In this document: positions 42,458-51,916 of the stretch, piece after piece
Layout of the letters: each line of letters begins with the position of its first letter
Numbering within the stretch: position 1 is the first letter of the stretch
Position numbers and translations under genes: made by a program
Source: a virus
Lineage: Duplodnaviria; Caudoviricetes
Reading direction: 5' to 3' (one strand)
DNA length: 64,000 nt
Virus record (IMG/VR): IMGVR_UViG_2913820460_000006
Coordinates: 1-64,000 of that record
Notes under the pieces: generated by a model
The model's input: only the letters and a program-made list of their open reading frames with translations
The model's database searches: none
Told to the model about the DNA's origin: nothing

Positions 42458-42804
42458 GCACGATTATCCAAGTTGTCGGTTCGCTCATCACATTAGTTAT
42501 ATTGCCCTTGTTATTGCTTAGAAGCAAAAAGAAAAAGGCAGATGCCGAGGCTGAAAAAACCGAAGCAGATAACATCACAGCTTATGCTGCTGAATGGAAA
42601 GAATTGTACGAGAAGAAGGAAAAGCGAGTTGTCGAACTGGACGCCAAAATTGACCACCTTTACGCCGAGATAACCAAGTATCGTGACGCTATCCGCGAGC
42701 TAAGCGAAAAGAACAGCGAGCTTGCCGTTCAGAATCAAGCACTGGAATTCCGGAAATGCAATAAACATGGTTGTGCAGACCGCGTCCCACCAAGTGAATA
42801 TTAA
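42445..42804 (+). CDS. N-terminally anchored coiled-coil protein (holin/spanin candidate)
   Basis: One TM segment, long coiled coil, C-terminal C..GC..R.PP; directly upstream of the endolysin. Confidence 0.6.
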   Translation: MEQLSTIIQVVGSLITLVILPLLLLRSKKKKADAEAEKTEADNITAYAAEWKELYEKKEKRVVELDAKIDHLYAEITKYRDAIRELSEKNSELAVQNQALEFRKCNKHGCADRVPPSEY

Positions 42805-42818
42805 CCAAATAAATAAGT

Positions 42819-43424
42819 ATGAAGATATTGATTGATAACGGGCATGGTGAAAACACTCCCGGAAAACGTAGTCCTGACGGTTCGTTGCGTGAATATGCTT
42901 ATGCACGTGAAATTGCAGATAGAATAGCACATGAACTTTCCGCAAGAGGTTATGATGCCGAACGCATTGTTCGGGAAACAGTAGATGTTCCACTATCAGA
43001 ACGTGCAAGGCGTGTAAACGAAGTTTGCGGACGATACGGAACGGCCAATGTAGTTCTTGTTTCTATCCACTGCAATGCTGCCGGAAACGGTGCAGAATGG
43101 ATGAACGCAAGAGGATGGAGCGCTTATACATCGAAAGGCAAGACAAAGGCTGATAAACTGGCAACTTTCTTGTATGAAGAAGCTGAAAAAAACTTTATCA
43201 GTCAAAGAATACGCAAAGATAATTCTGACGACGATCCTGACTGGGAAGAAAACTTCTATATTTTGAGTAAGACAAAATGCCCGGCTGTACTTACGGAAAA
43301 CTTTTTTCAGGATAACAAGGATGATGTCCTGTACCTTTGTTCCGAAGAAGGCAAACAAGCTATTGTTAAAACCCATGTAGAGGCAATAACCAGATATATT
43401 CAGAAGTATGGTAAAATGGTTTAA
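42819..43424 (+). CDS. Endolysin, N-acetylmuramoyl-L-alanine amidase (Amidase_3)
   Basis: ILIDNGHG, LREY, VSIHCNA, PAVLTENFF zinc-amidase motifs. Confidence 0.92.
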   Translation: MKILIDNGHGENTPGKRSPDGSLREYAYAREIADRIAHELSARGYDAERIVRETVDVPLSERARRVNEVCGRYGTANVVLVSIHCNAAGNGAEWMNARGWSAYTSKGKTKADKLATFLYEEAEKNFISQRIRKDNSDDDPDWEENFYILSKTKCPAVLTENFFQDNKDDVLYLCSEEGKQAIVKTHVEAITRYIQKYGKMV

Positions 43425-43956
43425 AGATATTGTAGCAATATTGTTTGTGGTATTATTTTTCACATCACTGTTTTTTAATGTGCGTTTTTGCATATCGAAT
43501 AAAAAGTTACCTATAAATGATACCACAAGAATAACTGTTTTCGATACCATACCCTATTACAAGCCTGTACCCAAGGATAGTACCGTTATTAAATACATCA
43601 CGCAGATTCTTCCTACTGCAAAACCGGATAGTACGAAACAGACTCCGGACGTAGCAGATACGACTAAACCTCCAAATAAAGACAAAGACAGTGTTGAGGT
43701 TGAAATCCCCATTACGCAGAAGATGTATGAAACAGACACATATCGGGCTTATGTAAGTGGCTTTCATCCACAACTTGACAGCCTGATACTTTTTGCCGGG
43801 CGTGATATAATGACCGTAACAGGTAATTATCCCAAACCCAAGAAGAAAAAGTTCAGTATCAGTCTACAGGTAGGATATGGAATAACACTGAGAGAAACGC
43901 CGCAATTTTCTCCATGTCTTAGTGTAGGTTTATCGTATAATTTGTTTGATTTCTGA
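43408..43956 (+). CDS. Spanin-like envelope protein
   Basis: N-terminal hydrophobic helix ending near a Cys, then YETDTYRAYVSG; follows the endolysin. Confidence 0.5.
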   Translation: MVKWFKDIVAILFVVLFFTSLFFNVRFCISNKKLPINDTTRITVFDTIPYYKPVPKDSTVIKYITQILPTAKPDSTKQTPDVADTTKPPNKDKDSVEVEIPITQKMYETDTYRAYVSGFHPQLDSLILFAGRDIMTVTGNYPKPKKKKFSISLQVGYGITLRETPQFSPCLSVGLSYNLFDF

Positions 43957-43958
43957 TT

Positions 43959-44408
43959 ATGATAGATATTATATTAACGGTCAATAAGGAAAAAGTATAT
44001 GAAGAGGTAGCAAAGACCACATCGTACACCGGTGCGAAAATGGATGATGAGCTTGCCTACGATCGTATATTTACGACGGATGAGGATAAAAGCATGCTTG
44101 AACGTTTTTGGTGCGAGAGTAAGAATACCATATGCAACAGTTTAAAGAAAATGCTTCTTGACGAAACGGAAGCTGACAGTGAATACAGGCTTTCGTTGGG
44201 GCTGTCGAATTCATTCGATGAAGCTCTAAAAGAAAGTATGCAGCGTAGCTTGTTTTCATTCTTCGTGATGAATGTCACTGCAAAGTGGTACACGTTTACC
44301 AATAAGGAAGAAGCTGCCGGATATGCAACGGAAGCTGCTACCTATATGGAGGATATAATGCGTAAGGCATTTTTCAAAAGAAAGCCCATGCGCCCGACAT
44401 ACGAATAA
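43959..44408 (+). CDS. Hypothetical structural protein (connector-like)
   Basis: 149 aa helical; ends KRKPMRPTYE, similar to the next gene's end. Confidence 0.55.
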   Translation: MIDIILTVNKEKVYEEVAKTTSYTGAKMDDELAYDRIFTTDEDKSMLERFWCESKNTICNSLKKMLLDETEADSEYRLSLGLSNSFDEALKESMQRSLFSFFVMNVTAKWYTFTNKEEAAGYATEAATYMEDIMRKAFFKRKPMRPTYE

Positions 44409-44426
44409 TCATTAATTCAAAATATT

Positions 44427-44939
44427 ATGGCAGAAAATAAGAAAACATTAACCGTGACACAACAGGTCAAAGAACTTGTCTATGATATTCAGAACAAAGC
44501 GTATTTGACGGGACAGGCACGAGAAGCGGCCGGCAAGAGCTATCAAGTCGCATCCAATATGCAAGCAAGTGATGACGATGAAAACAGCTATCAGATACGT
44601 CGTTCGTTGGCCAATGCCTTTTCCTCTTTAAAAAGTCTGCTTGGAGAGTATCTCAATGAGGATAATACAACAAGCGATAACCTGATGGATGAAGAGATAG
44701 ATAATAACGGTAAACTTTCATTGGAGTTTTTGCTTCCGTCTAACTATAACAACGCTTCGGCGGACGCACTGGGAAATGGCATACATTCATATCTTGTAGA
44801 TATGGCACTTGGAGAGTGGTTTGCCATAACCAGTCCGGAAGATGCCAATGCGTATATACAACACTCCGGGGTGAGTCTTGAAAACGTGAAGCGTGCACTC
44901 TACAAACGCAGCCGTCCGGAAAGACCGACTTATGATTAA
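44427..44939 (+). CDS. Hypothetical structural protein (connector-like)
   Basis: 170 aa helical; ends KRSRPERPTYD; likely paralog of its neighbours. Confidence 0.55.
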   Translation: MAENKKTLTVTQQVKELVYDIQNKAYLTGQAREAAGKSYQVASNMQASDDDENSYQIRRSLANAFSSLKSLLGEYLNEDNTTSDNLMDEEIDNNGKLSLEFLLPSNYNNASADALGNGIHSYLVDMALGEWFAITSPEDANAYIQHSGVSLENVKRALYKRSRPERPTYD

Positions 44940-45485
44940 TTGATGTTCAAGCCTATGGTATATTGTCAAAACAGCCAGTCTAAAACAAAAGCGGTAACAC
45001 TTGTGTTTAAAAGGGAAGAACTGCTTTACGATGCGGAGAATTATTCTTTTGTAGAGGGCGACATTATGCAAGCGGAAGATGAACACGCCAGACATCAAGT
45101 ATTCGACATCGGTCAGGACGGTAATGTGGACAGAGTTACGAGAATACTTAACCTCGTACATTCTGAATGCGTGGAAATGTTGTTTCCTTATACGAAAGAA
45201 GAAATTTCCGATAAGCAGGAACCCCTTGATAATGTTATGACCGTGCCGGAAGAATACCTCATAACCCTTGTTTTGCCTGTGGAATTTTCATTGTCTACCG
45301 TGAAGTTGCTGAAACATCTGATACACGAATATATGGTCTGCAAGGTCCTTGCCGACTGGATGAGCATAACAAATCCAGGCAGCCAAGCCAACTGGGAAGA
45401 TAAAGCCCGAAATATCCGAATCAAGATACAGACTTCCCTTGTTTCACGAAAAGGCAAGATAAGACGAAAACTAAAACCGTTTTAA
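44940..45485 (+). CDS. Hypothetical structural protein (connector-like)
   Basis: About 180 aa; LIHEYMVCKVLADW resembles GIHSYLVDMALGEW of the preceding gene. Confidence 0.55.
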   Translation: MMFKPMVYCQNSQSKTKAVTLVFKREELLYDAENYSFVEGDIMQAEDEHARHQVFDIGQDGNVDRVTRILNLVHSECVEMLFPYTKEEISDKQEPLDNVMTVPEEYLITLVLPVEFSLSTVKLLKHLIHEYMVCKVLADWMSITNPGSQANWEDKARNIRIKIQTSLVSRKGKIRRKLKPF

Positions 45486-45493
45486 GAATAGAC

Positions 45494-45526
45494 AAGAGCC
45501 GGGGTGCATCACGCATACCGGCTCTT
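45494..45526. terminator. Bidirectional terminator between convergent late operons
   Basis: AAGAGCCGG-N15-CCGGCTCTT perfect 9-bp arms followed by TCTCCTT. Confidence 0.65.
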
Positions 45527-45579
45527 TCTCCTTATAAACAATCTGATAACCTTAAAAATAACTGACCTATATGTTTCAT

Positions 45580-48276
45580 TTATCGTAGTCTGTTGAGCAT
45601 ACGGGGATTGAACTGGACACTAAATCCTAACAGGCTTTCGGATTTGTCAAGTGTACAAATGAGTGCAATTCTAAATGCTTTGTACGGTGTTCCTCTGAAA
45701 CCACGCATATATTTGTCTGTACTGCTCCATACAGTATGCCAATTAAACAAATCATTCGAACCGTACAGTACTTGTACTACATGTCCCGACTTAAAATATC
45801 CACGTTGAATGATGGTATCTATCGTCTTGAACACATCTGGCTCATCCATTTTGAAAGGGCGGGTAACCACTAATGCCGTTATGTTTTCAGCAGATGATGT
45901 AGAAAAATCCACAAGTCTGTTTCCGTCAGCCATTGCTAATGCTTCCGGATACGAATTGACATTGTTCACTATGTCTGACAGCATCATTCCCCAAAGCTTT
46001 GACTTCAACGAAAACACATAAGCATAGCGTACAGCCGGGTTATACACAATGATATGCTGATTGGTATAATCATATATCATCCGGCAAGCGGCAAGAAAAT
46101 CAAAAAACGGAATCATAGCAATATCGTCAAGAGCCGTTCGTTCATTTTCGCTTGCTTTTCCATTATAAACTGATAGAAGTTTATCCGATCTTGGCAAATC
46201 AGAAATAGAAAACAAATCTTCCGCATTTAAACTTTCTGATATGCACTGCACAGTAGAACCACTTATCAGCATAATACCTCTATTGGTGGCAAACAGCACT
46301 GCATTATCAATTTGTGTGATACTGTTCGTATTTATACAAACCTCCCGTGTTACAGGTTGCCGTGCTGAGTATGATCCCGTATTTGATACTTCTAAGGCCC
46401 ATACACCTTCTGATGTAAAAGCATAAAGTGGAAACTGACCGAACTGTCCCTCTGATAAAGCTTTTACAGCTGAAGATATACCAAGAATAGTGCCAGTACC
46501 TATTGTATTGATACCGAGAACCGGAAAGTGAAATGGATTATTGATTTCCGATGTGTATATTTTGTTCGGTAAATCAATTATTCGCTGTTCACGGGGACTT
46601 GCTGTAGGATAATCACTAAGTCCTGTCGGAGGATTTTCCCAACCGGCAAAATAAAAAGCTCCGTTAAGGAATTTGTGCTGTTCAAGTGGCACTTCATAAT
46701 ATTGTGGTAATCCATAATGCGTCACAATAACTGCTTTGTATGCGTTTATATTAGGGTAGAACAAAAACAGCAATGGCGGATCCAATATTGACGCTTGATA
46801 AGATTCTCCATTGACCACTATGTCCCGACCATCCTGCTTGATATAGAAGTATACAGAAACAGGCATTGTTCCATCAAAATAAGTAGGGGACATTCCATCA
46901 AAATTAGCAACATATCCGTTGGTATATGTAATCATCGCTCCTGTGTTATACAAGTTATATAATTCTTTTTGAATGTTTGCGATGTTAAGTCTTGAATTAT
47001 AAACAAACGAATAATGTGGAAGCAATTTATCATGACTGTCATAATCATCTGTCATAACTTCTCGTGTTACCAATGACTGTAGATAATCTTCTTCGATTAC
47101 CAGTTTTGTACGTGTAGTGGAAAGTTGTTCAATACGGAGACTTTCAAGCAGGTAGAATTGCGATGTTGAACGAATATCCTCTTTTACATCATCAATACTT
47201 CTACGAGGAATCATCAAACGTCCACTTGGATAAGTCAGTCCGTTGGGGTCAAATGTAAAGGCATATAGTTTATTGAATGTATGATGTTGATAACGAATTG
47301 GAAATTTGGAGGTAGAAGCTGCTTGATTTATATGTTTGCATACACAATAAGAATTATAGTTTTCCGATTGTGCAAATCTTGTACATTTTCCGTTTTGGTC
47401 ATAAGTATAAATAGGTTTTGAAACAAACACATCAACAGATCGAACTATATCTTTCCAATTTTTAAGCATATCAAGGCGAGACTGAAGAACAACGGCACAA
47501 TCAAGGTCGTGTATCATTCCACATATTCGAAGTTGCGCATCTGTATACTTTCCCTTTCCCGTCAGGTGTGTCCAAAAAACTTGCGGTGCAAGGTCTGATG
47601 AAGCAATCATCAGAATCGGAGCCGAGTGCATTGTCAATGTTCCATCGTATAGCCGATAGGCGTATCTTACAAAGAAAGGAAAAATGAATTTGCCCTTATT
47701 TGTAGACCTTTCAGCAATAAATTTATTGATATGGGCAAGTACTTGGTCTGTAATTCGCGTTTTATTGTTATCAGAGAATTCATTCCAAATGCTGCCTTCA
47801 CTAATAGCATCAAATGATATTGAAAATTCATCTGTCCGAACCATTTCACCCTGCAACCCAAATGAAAGTGGGCATTCAGGTATTTTTGTACCAAGATATA
47901 AATATCCGTCATTATTTCCTTTCCATAGAAAATAATGCATACCGTCAGTTGACAAGATGAGAAGCGTATTGCCAATAGCTGTTACCTGATATACCTCGTT
48001 AAATGAACGAAGAAAAACAGGCTGATGTGCGTCAGAACCATTCCACCAACTGATAGAATTGTTGTTAAAGATGATATAGTGCTTGAAGTTAGCCGATTTA
48101 TGAATATACATAACCGAATCACCACCTTTGAATTGTAATACTTCGGATGGCGGCAATATGGGTTTAAGTGCACCGTTTTCGGGAATAACACCTATCGATG
48201 TTGCCAAGTCCCCATCGGCGCACTCATAGTCCGATGGGTTGGCAGAATACCCGTTGTATTTTATTTCTTTAATCAT
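45580..48276 (-). CDS. Putative tail tubular/nozzle (stabilisation) protein
   Basis: About 900 aa beta-propeller-like; GQFGQFPLYAFTSEGVWAL, ITQIDNAVLFATNRGIM; ATG at 48276 preferred. Confidence 0.65.
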   Translation of the reverse strand: MIKEIKYNGYSANPSDYECADGDLATSIGVIPENGALKPILPPSEVLQFKGGDSVMYIHKSANFKHYIIFNNNSISWWNGSDAHQPVFLRSFNEVYQVTAIGNTLLILSTDGMHYFLWKGNNDGYLYLGTKIPECPLSFGLQGEMVRTDEFSISFDAISEGSIWNEFSDNNKTRITDQVLAHINKFIAERSTNKGKFIFPFFVRYAYRLYDGTLTMHSAPILMIASSDLAPQVFWTHLTGKGKYTDAQLRICGMIHDLDCAVVLQSRLDMLKNWKDIVRSVDVFVSKPIYTYDQNGKCTRFAQSENYNSYCVCKHINQAASTSKFPIRYQHHTFNKLYAFTFDPNGLTYPSGRLMIPRRSIDDVKEDIRSTSQFYLLESLRIEQLSTTRTKLVIEEDYLQSLVTREVMTDDYDSHDKLLPHYSFVYNSRLNIANIQKELYNLYNTGAMITYTNGYVANFDGMSPTYFDGTMPVSVYFYIKQDGRDIVVNGESYQASILDPPLLFLFYPNINAYKAVIVTHYGLPQYYEVPLEQHKFLNGAFYFAGWENPPTGLSDYPTASPREQRIIDLPNKIYTSEINNPFHFPVLGINTIGTGTILGISSAVKALSEGQFGQFPLYAFTSEGVWALEVSNTGSYSARQPVTREVCINTNSITQIDNAVLFATNRGIMLISGSTVQCISESLNAEDLFSISDLPRSDKLLSVYNGKASENERTALDDIAMIPFFDFLAACRMIYDYTNQHIIVYNPAVRYAYVFSLKSKLWGMMLSDIVNNVNSYPEALAMADGNRLVDFSTSSAENITALVVTRPFKMDEPDVFKTIDTIIQRGYFKSGHVVQVLYGSNDLFNWHTVWSSTDKYMRGFRGTPYKAFRIALICTLDKSESLLGFSVQFNPRMLNRLR

Positions 48277-48283
48277 ATCTTTC

Positions 48284-48652
48284 TTACAAAAGGAGTTTGG
48301 TAATGATTGGTAGCAATGTGCCATGATATTGGCTTTCCTTAGGCTCTCCAACGCATAATCTCGCCTTGTCTGTTACACCCGACACATCAAGTATGGCGGA
48401 GCACAGCCTTTTAGATGAGGCTCTGAAATGTTTCCCTTGCCTATTGGATGGAAACACACATGCTTCATGCCGACCGCCGGTTGGTGAGCGGTATCTGACA
48501 TAAAGATATAATTCTCCGTTCTCACTCATAATATCCAGGACATCACCTCGCGAGAGATGAAGTTGCTTGGCTATATGAGATGTAATGTCTATTCTTCCCG
48601 AAGAATAGAATACTATATCAGCCTTTCTTGTATTTCCTAATATACTTTCCAT
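48284..48652 (-). CDS. Hypothetical protein, AbrB/swapped-hairpin-like N-terminus
   Basis: SSGRIDITSHIAKQLHLSRGDVLDI resembles the AbrB pattern; by eye only. Confidence 0.6.
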   Translation of the reverse strand: MESILGNTRKADIVFYSSGRIDITSHIAKQLHLSRGDVLDIMSENGELYLYVRYRSPTGGRHEACVFPSNRQGKHFRASSKRLCSAILDVSGVTDKARLCVGEPKESQYHGTLLPIITKLLL

Positions 48653-49043
48653 TGGGCTTTTCAATTTGATAATAGATGAGACCTTTGCTTGTATGATGTA
48701 TAGACACAGACAGTTTGACTATACTATCACCGGGTAACCCATGCTCATAAAGCATAAGACCGACCGACGGGCACAGACTTTCAAAGCCTATGCACTTATA
48801 CTTGTCATTATATTGAATATCGCATAGTTGAGTCGGTTGTCCGATATTTGGATTGACGGTGAAGCCGAAAGAATCTTGTCCGGCAATTCTGAAAACAAAC
48901 ACTTGGGCTGCATCGCCCTTTTTCGCCTTACCTTTGATATGGAGAAACAAGCGTTTGGATAGCGTGATTGAATTGTCGTTACCATCGGCAATCACATAGT
49001 AGTTACGTGACTGCCACCATGTTTTTAGTTTTTTGATAATCAT
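48618..49043 (-). CDS. Hypothetical protein
   Basis: 141 aa; first gene after promoter motif copy 6. Confidence 0.7.
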   Translation of the reverse strand: MIIKKLKTWWQSRNYYVIADGNDNSITLSKRLFLHIKGKAKKGDAAQVFVFRIAGQDSFGFTVNPNIGQPTQLCDIQYNDKYKCIGFESLCPSVGLMLYEHGLPGDSIVKLSVSIHHTSKGLIYYQIEKPNGKYIRKYKKG

Positions 49044-49047
49044 AATA

Positions 49048-49091
49048 CGAAAATAGAATGATTCACAGATTATTATGGTTTAACTTTTTAC
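49048..49091 (-). promoter_or_regulatory. Putative late promoter, motif copy 6 (tail protein operon)
   Basis: Minus strand GTAAAAAGTTAA-N24-TATTTTCG. Confidence 0.65.
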
Positions 49092-49316
49092 AGACGAATC
49101 GAAATATATCCGGCGTGAACGGAAAGAAACTGTTTCGACAAACCGGAATGACAGAGTTGTTTCGATTTCCAGTCGATGCCGGTTGGCGGCTTCTTTTGTT
49201 GCAAAAATGTAAGAACAGATTTCTTGCTTTGTTGTTCCTTTTGTTGCTACAATGTTGGCATAATATTTGCGCCCGAAAAGGAATGCCATGATTTCTTTTA
49301 ATACAGTTGAGTTCAT
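49080..49316 (-). CDS. Hypothetical protein
   Basis: 78-aa ORF at the end of the early operon. Confidence 0.6.
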   Translation of the reverse strand: MNSTVLKEIMAFLFGRKYYANIVATKGTTKQEICSYIFATKEAANRHRLEIETTLSFRFVETVSFRSRRIYFDSSVKS

Positions 49317-49326
49317 ATTGTATGAT

Positions 49327-49530
49327 TTAATCAGTGAATAAATTTGTCTGTCGGGGTTCTTTGGAAACGGAAGAAACTCCGGTAATACTATTTACACGTT
49401 CAATTTCTCCGTCAATTTCCGTTTCAAGTGCCTTGCATTTCCGCAAGTTTTGTTGGGTGCGACACTTGAAATAGTCTTTCTGTGCTTTGCGCATCAGAAC
49501 TACCTTGGTAAAGAATGTTTTTGCATCCAT
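49327..49530 (-). CDS. Hypothetical helical phage protein
   Basis: 67-aa ORF, tightly packed in the operon. Confidence 0.65.
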   Translation of the reverse strand: MDAKTFFTKVVLMRKAQKDYFKCRTQQNLRKCKALETEIDGEIERVNSITGVSSVSKEPRQTNLFTD

Positions 49531-49542
49531 ATGATAAATACA

Positions 49543-49704
49543 TTAAAATTCTTTATGGGTTGCTAATTGATAATCTTTCTTTTCTTCTTCTGATAGTTCG
49601 TTGTAGCAGCTTTCGCAAACAACAGGGTAACCGTGTTCTTCTTCAAAGTACACACCACAAAGTTGGCAACACCAACCGTCTATAATATCTTCTGCAATGC
49701 TCAT
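49543..49704 (-). CDS. Small zinc-finger-like protein (below ORF-track cutoff)
   Basis: MSIAEDIIDGWCCQLCGVYFEEEHGYPVVCESCYNELSEEEKKDYQLATHKEF*, 53 aa with two CxxC pairs; fills the gap exactly. Confidence 0.7.
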   Translation of the reverse strand: MSIAEDIIDGWCCQLCGVYFEEEHGYPVVCESCYNELSEEEKKDYQLATHKEF

Positions 49705-49706
49705 GA

Positions 49707-50363
49707 TTATTTCATTAATTCAAATTCATACGCCCAAACATAGGGATTGCTTTCCCAAGTGCCTTTACCGGAGACTTTATCTATGAGGGCGGCAAAGGCT
49801 TCACGTGGAGTATCAAATCCATTGTCTTTGTTTCCCTCAAATTCATAAAATATAGATGGCGGAAACTCATCATCACCCGAATCTTCATATATCCCTTCTT
49901 TCAAGCAATCTTCATCGCTAATGTCCTGTAAGCGTTCAACCTTACGATCTGTAAATTCAATATGGCGGGGCATTAGGTCGGCTTTCACAAACATTTTATT
50001 AGTCCAACCGGGATGTAATTTCAGTTCAGGCAATATAGAATCCAAGTATTCTAAGTAAGCTGCATTTTTCCCTTTTCTATGAAATCGGTCAACATCCATA
50101 TAACTTTGCGCAATGGCAACAACTTCTCCAAGTTCATATTTCGGCAATATCTCGCCCATATCAAACTCTCTTTCATCAGCATCGTACATACAAGGCCAAT
50201 CAACAATCTTTTTGTCAGAATGGCGTCTGTGTATATTGAATCCTGCGACCCATTCTCCCCTAAAAGTTCTTGGACATTTGATTATTCTTCTCGTCATAGT
50301 CTTCCGCCCTTCCAATACAGCTTGAGTTAAGCCAAATTTATCATTGAACATTATTTTCTTCAT
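49707..50363 (-). CDS. ASCH/PUA-like domain protein
   Basis: IMFN....QAVLEGRKTMTRR and C-terminal WESNPYVWAYEF. Confidence 0.7.
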   Translation of the reverse strand: MKKIMFNDKFGLTQAVLEGRKTMTRRIIKCPRTFRGEWVAGFNIHRRHSDKKIVDWPCMYDADEREFDMGEILPKYELGEVVAIAQSYMDVDRFHRKGKNAAYLEYLDSILPELKLHPGWTNKMFVKADLMPRHIEFTDRKVERLQDISDEDCLKEGIYEDSGDDEFPPSIFYEFEGNKDNGFDTPREAFAALIDKVSGKGTWESNPYVWAYEFELMK

Positions 50364-50856
50364 TGTAGTATTCTTTATTAAAGTGTCCGTTGGCAATCAG
50401 CCAATCAATAGCCAATACACAAGATTCGACAGGTGATGCGGTTTCAAAGGATTTCACATAGGGATAAGAGAGTAACCAAGCATCGCTTGTTTCGTGATGC
50501 AAGCCAAAAACATTCTCACTGGTTCCTATTCTGATTTCGGTCGGAAGTAACTCCAACAGCCTACACAAACTCCATGCAGGGACATCCTCACCCCACAATC
50601 TATCAAATACTTCTTCTCCGGCCATTGGCGATCCGTCAGGATGCTTGTGAAAAGGAAATGCAAGTTTGGCTATTCTTTGAGGAGTCCAAAACTTACCTCT
50701 CAATGTAGGCGGCTTGGTTTGTAACTCCCACTCTAAAGCTGGTACCTTACTCTTTGTATGATGATATACCATATCAGCCGTTTCCGGCTTTAGTCCCAAA
50801 GCGAGCAATCTTTTTGACTGCTCATGGGTAGTACATATTTGCGATTTAAATTCCAT
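50341..50856 (-). CDS. Hypothetical phage protein
   Basis: 171 aa; QICTT.EQSKRLL.LGL..ETADM and PAWSL.RLLELLP. Confidence 0.7.
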   Translation of the reverse strand: MEFKSQICTTHEQSKRLLALGLKPETADMVYHHTKSKVPALEWELQTKPPTLRGKFWTPQRIAKLAFPFHKHPDGSPMAGEEVFDRLWGEDVPAWSLCRLLELLPTEIRIGTSENVFGLHHETSDAWLLSYPYVKSFETASPVESCVLAIDWLIANGHFNKEYYNEENNVQ

Positions 50857-50873
50857 TGCTCTTATTTTTGTTA

Positions 50874-51128
50874 TTAGTTAAAACTGATTGCCACATACCT
50901 ATAGAACCGTATGTATCCGAAACAATAAGAGGGATTCTCTGTATTATCACCTATCTCAATTCGCACGTTATAGCCTTTCATCCGTAAAAAGCGTGCAGCT
51001 ATTTCATAGGCGGTGTATCTTTTTCCATGAATATCCCAATAGCTGGATTTCCATACTGTTTGAGGAATACCTTTTTTCAGAATCTTCTTAAAGGCTTTGG
51101 CGGTTCGTATAACTTCTTTTTTATTCAT
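50874..51128 (-). CDS. Hypothetical protein
   Basis: 84-aa ORF with ATGA-type coupling to its neighbour. Confidence 0.6.
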   Translation of the reverse strand: MNKKEVIRTAKAFKKILKKGIPQTVWKSSYWDIHGKRYTAYEIAARFLRMKGYNVRIEIGDNTENPSYCFGYIRFYRYVAISFN

Positions 51129-51316
51129 ATTTGTTCCGATTTTAATTTCTTGTTTATTTCTTTTTCAGCAGCTCTGGTCCCTTTCTTGAAACCCTCTACA
51201 AAGCTGTCAAAACAAGCTCTATGGATTTCTAAAGTGCATCTTTGCATAAGTGGACAAATCGAACATTTTTGGCTAAGCCCTGCGGACTTTTTAGCGAGTT
51301 TCGTTACATTTTTCAT
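51125..51316 (-). CDS. Hypothetical Cys-containing small protein
   Basis: 63 aa; CSICPLMQRC. Confidence 0.6.
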   Translation of the reverse strand: MKNVTKLAKKSAGLSQKCSICPLMQRCTLEIHRACFDSFVEGFKKGTRAAEKEINKKLKSEQI

Positions 51317-51320
51317 TGGT

Positions 51321-51611
51321 TTATCCTTTCATTCTGCCTAAAAAGGCAAGTTTAATCACATCATATTGAGTTCCTATCCATGCAAATTCCAACATGGCAT
51401 TATCGTCTGCAATGTCATTAATTTGCATGATTGGGTAGTTACCTTGATTTGTGCTATAACAAACACACGAACTGTAAATAAAATCCTCAACCTCTTCTTG
51501 ACTTCTTGGAACATTGAAATAACTGTCAAGGCTTCCGATTATATGCTCTTTCAAGTATTCGGAACTATATGCAGCAGCAATCTTATCTTGATTTCTAAGT
51601 GCATATCTCAT
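51321..51611 (-). CDS. Hypothetical protein
   Basis: 96-aa ORF, overlapping stop/start with its neighbour. Confidence 0.6.
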   Translation of the reverse strand: MRYALRNQDKIAAAYSSEYLKEHIIGSLDSYFNVPRSQEEVEDFIYSSCVCYSTNQGNYPIMQINDIADDNAMLEFAWIGTQYDVIKLAFLGRMKG

Positions 51612-51913
51612 AACTCATCTTTATCTCCTAATTCAGACAACGCTTGTTCAAACTCTTTGAGTTTCTTAATGGCGTAATCTCTACGATAAGTGATTATATC
51701 ACGACTTGTATAATTTGTATAGAACCGGTCTATAAGGTTTTGAATAAAAAACCTTTCAGGCTCTTCGCAATGATTCAATAGAATTACATAATTCGTGTTT
51801 CGTGGGTGGAAACATAGGAATCTATAATAATTCACTTTGCCGCAAGAACATTCAATTAAGCGTTCATCAGTCTTTAATTTCCTAATGTCTTCAGTGTTCA
51901 ATATAGGTTTCAT
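51608..51913 (-). CDS. Hypothetical protein
   Basis: 101-aa ORF in the operon. Confidence 0.6.
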   Translation of the reverse strand: MKPILNTEDIRKLKTDERLIECSCGKVNYYRFLCFHPRNTNYVILLNHCEEPERFFIQNLIDRFYTNYTSRDIITYRRDYAIKKLKEFEQALSELGDKDEL

Positions 51914-51916
51914 GAT

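Noticed and set aside
43500-43545. Near-matches to the late-promoter box at 43501 (AAAAAGTTAC), 60545 (minus AAATAGTTAA) and 28448 (minus AAAAGTTAA)
   Set aside because: No TAnnTT(T/C)G element at the 24-bp spacing.
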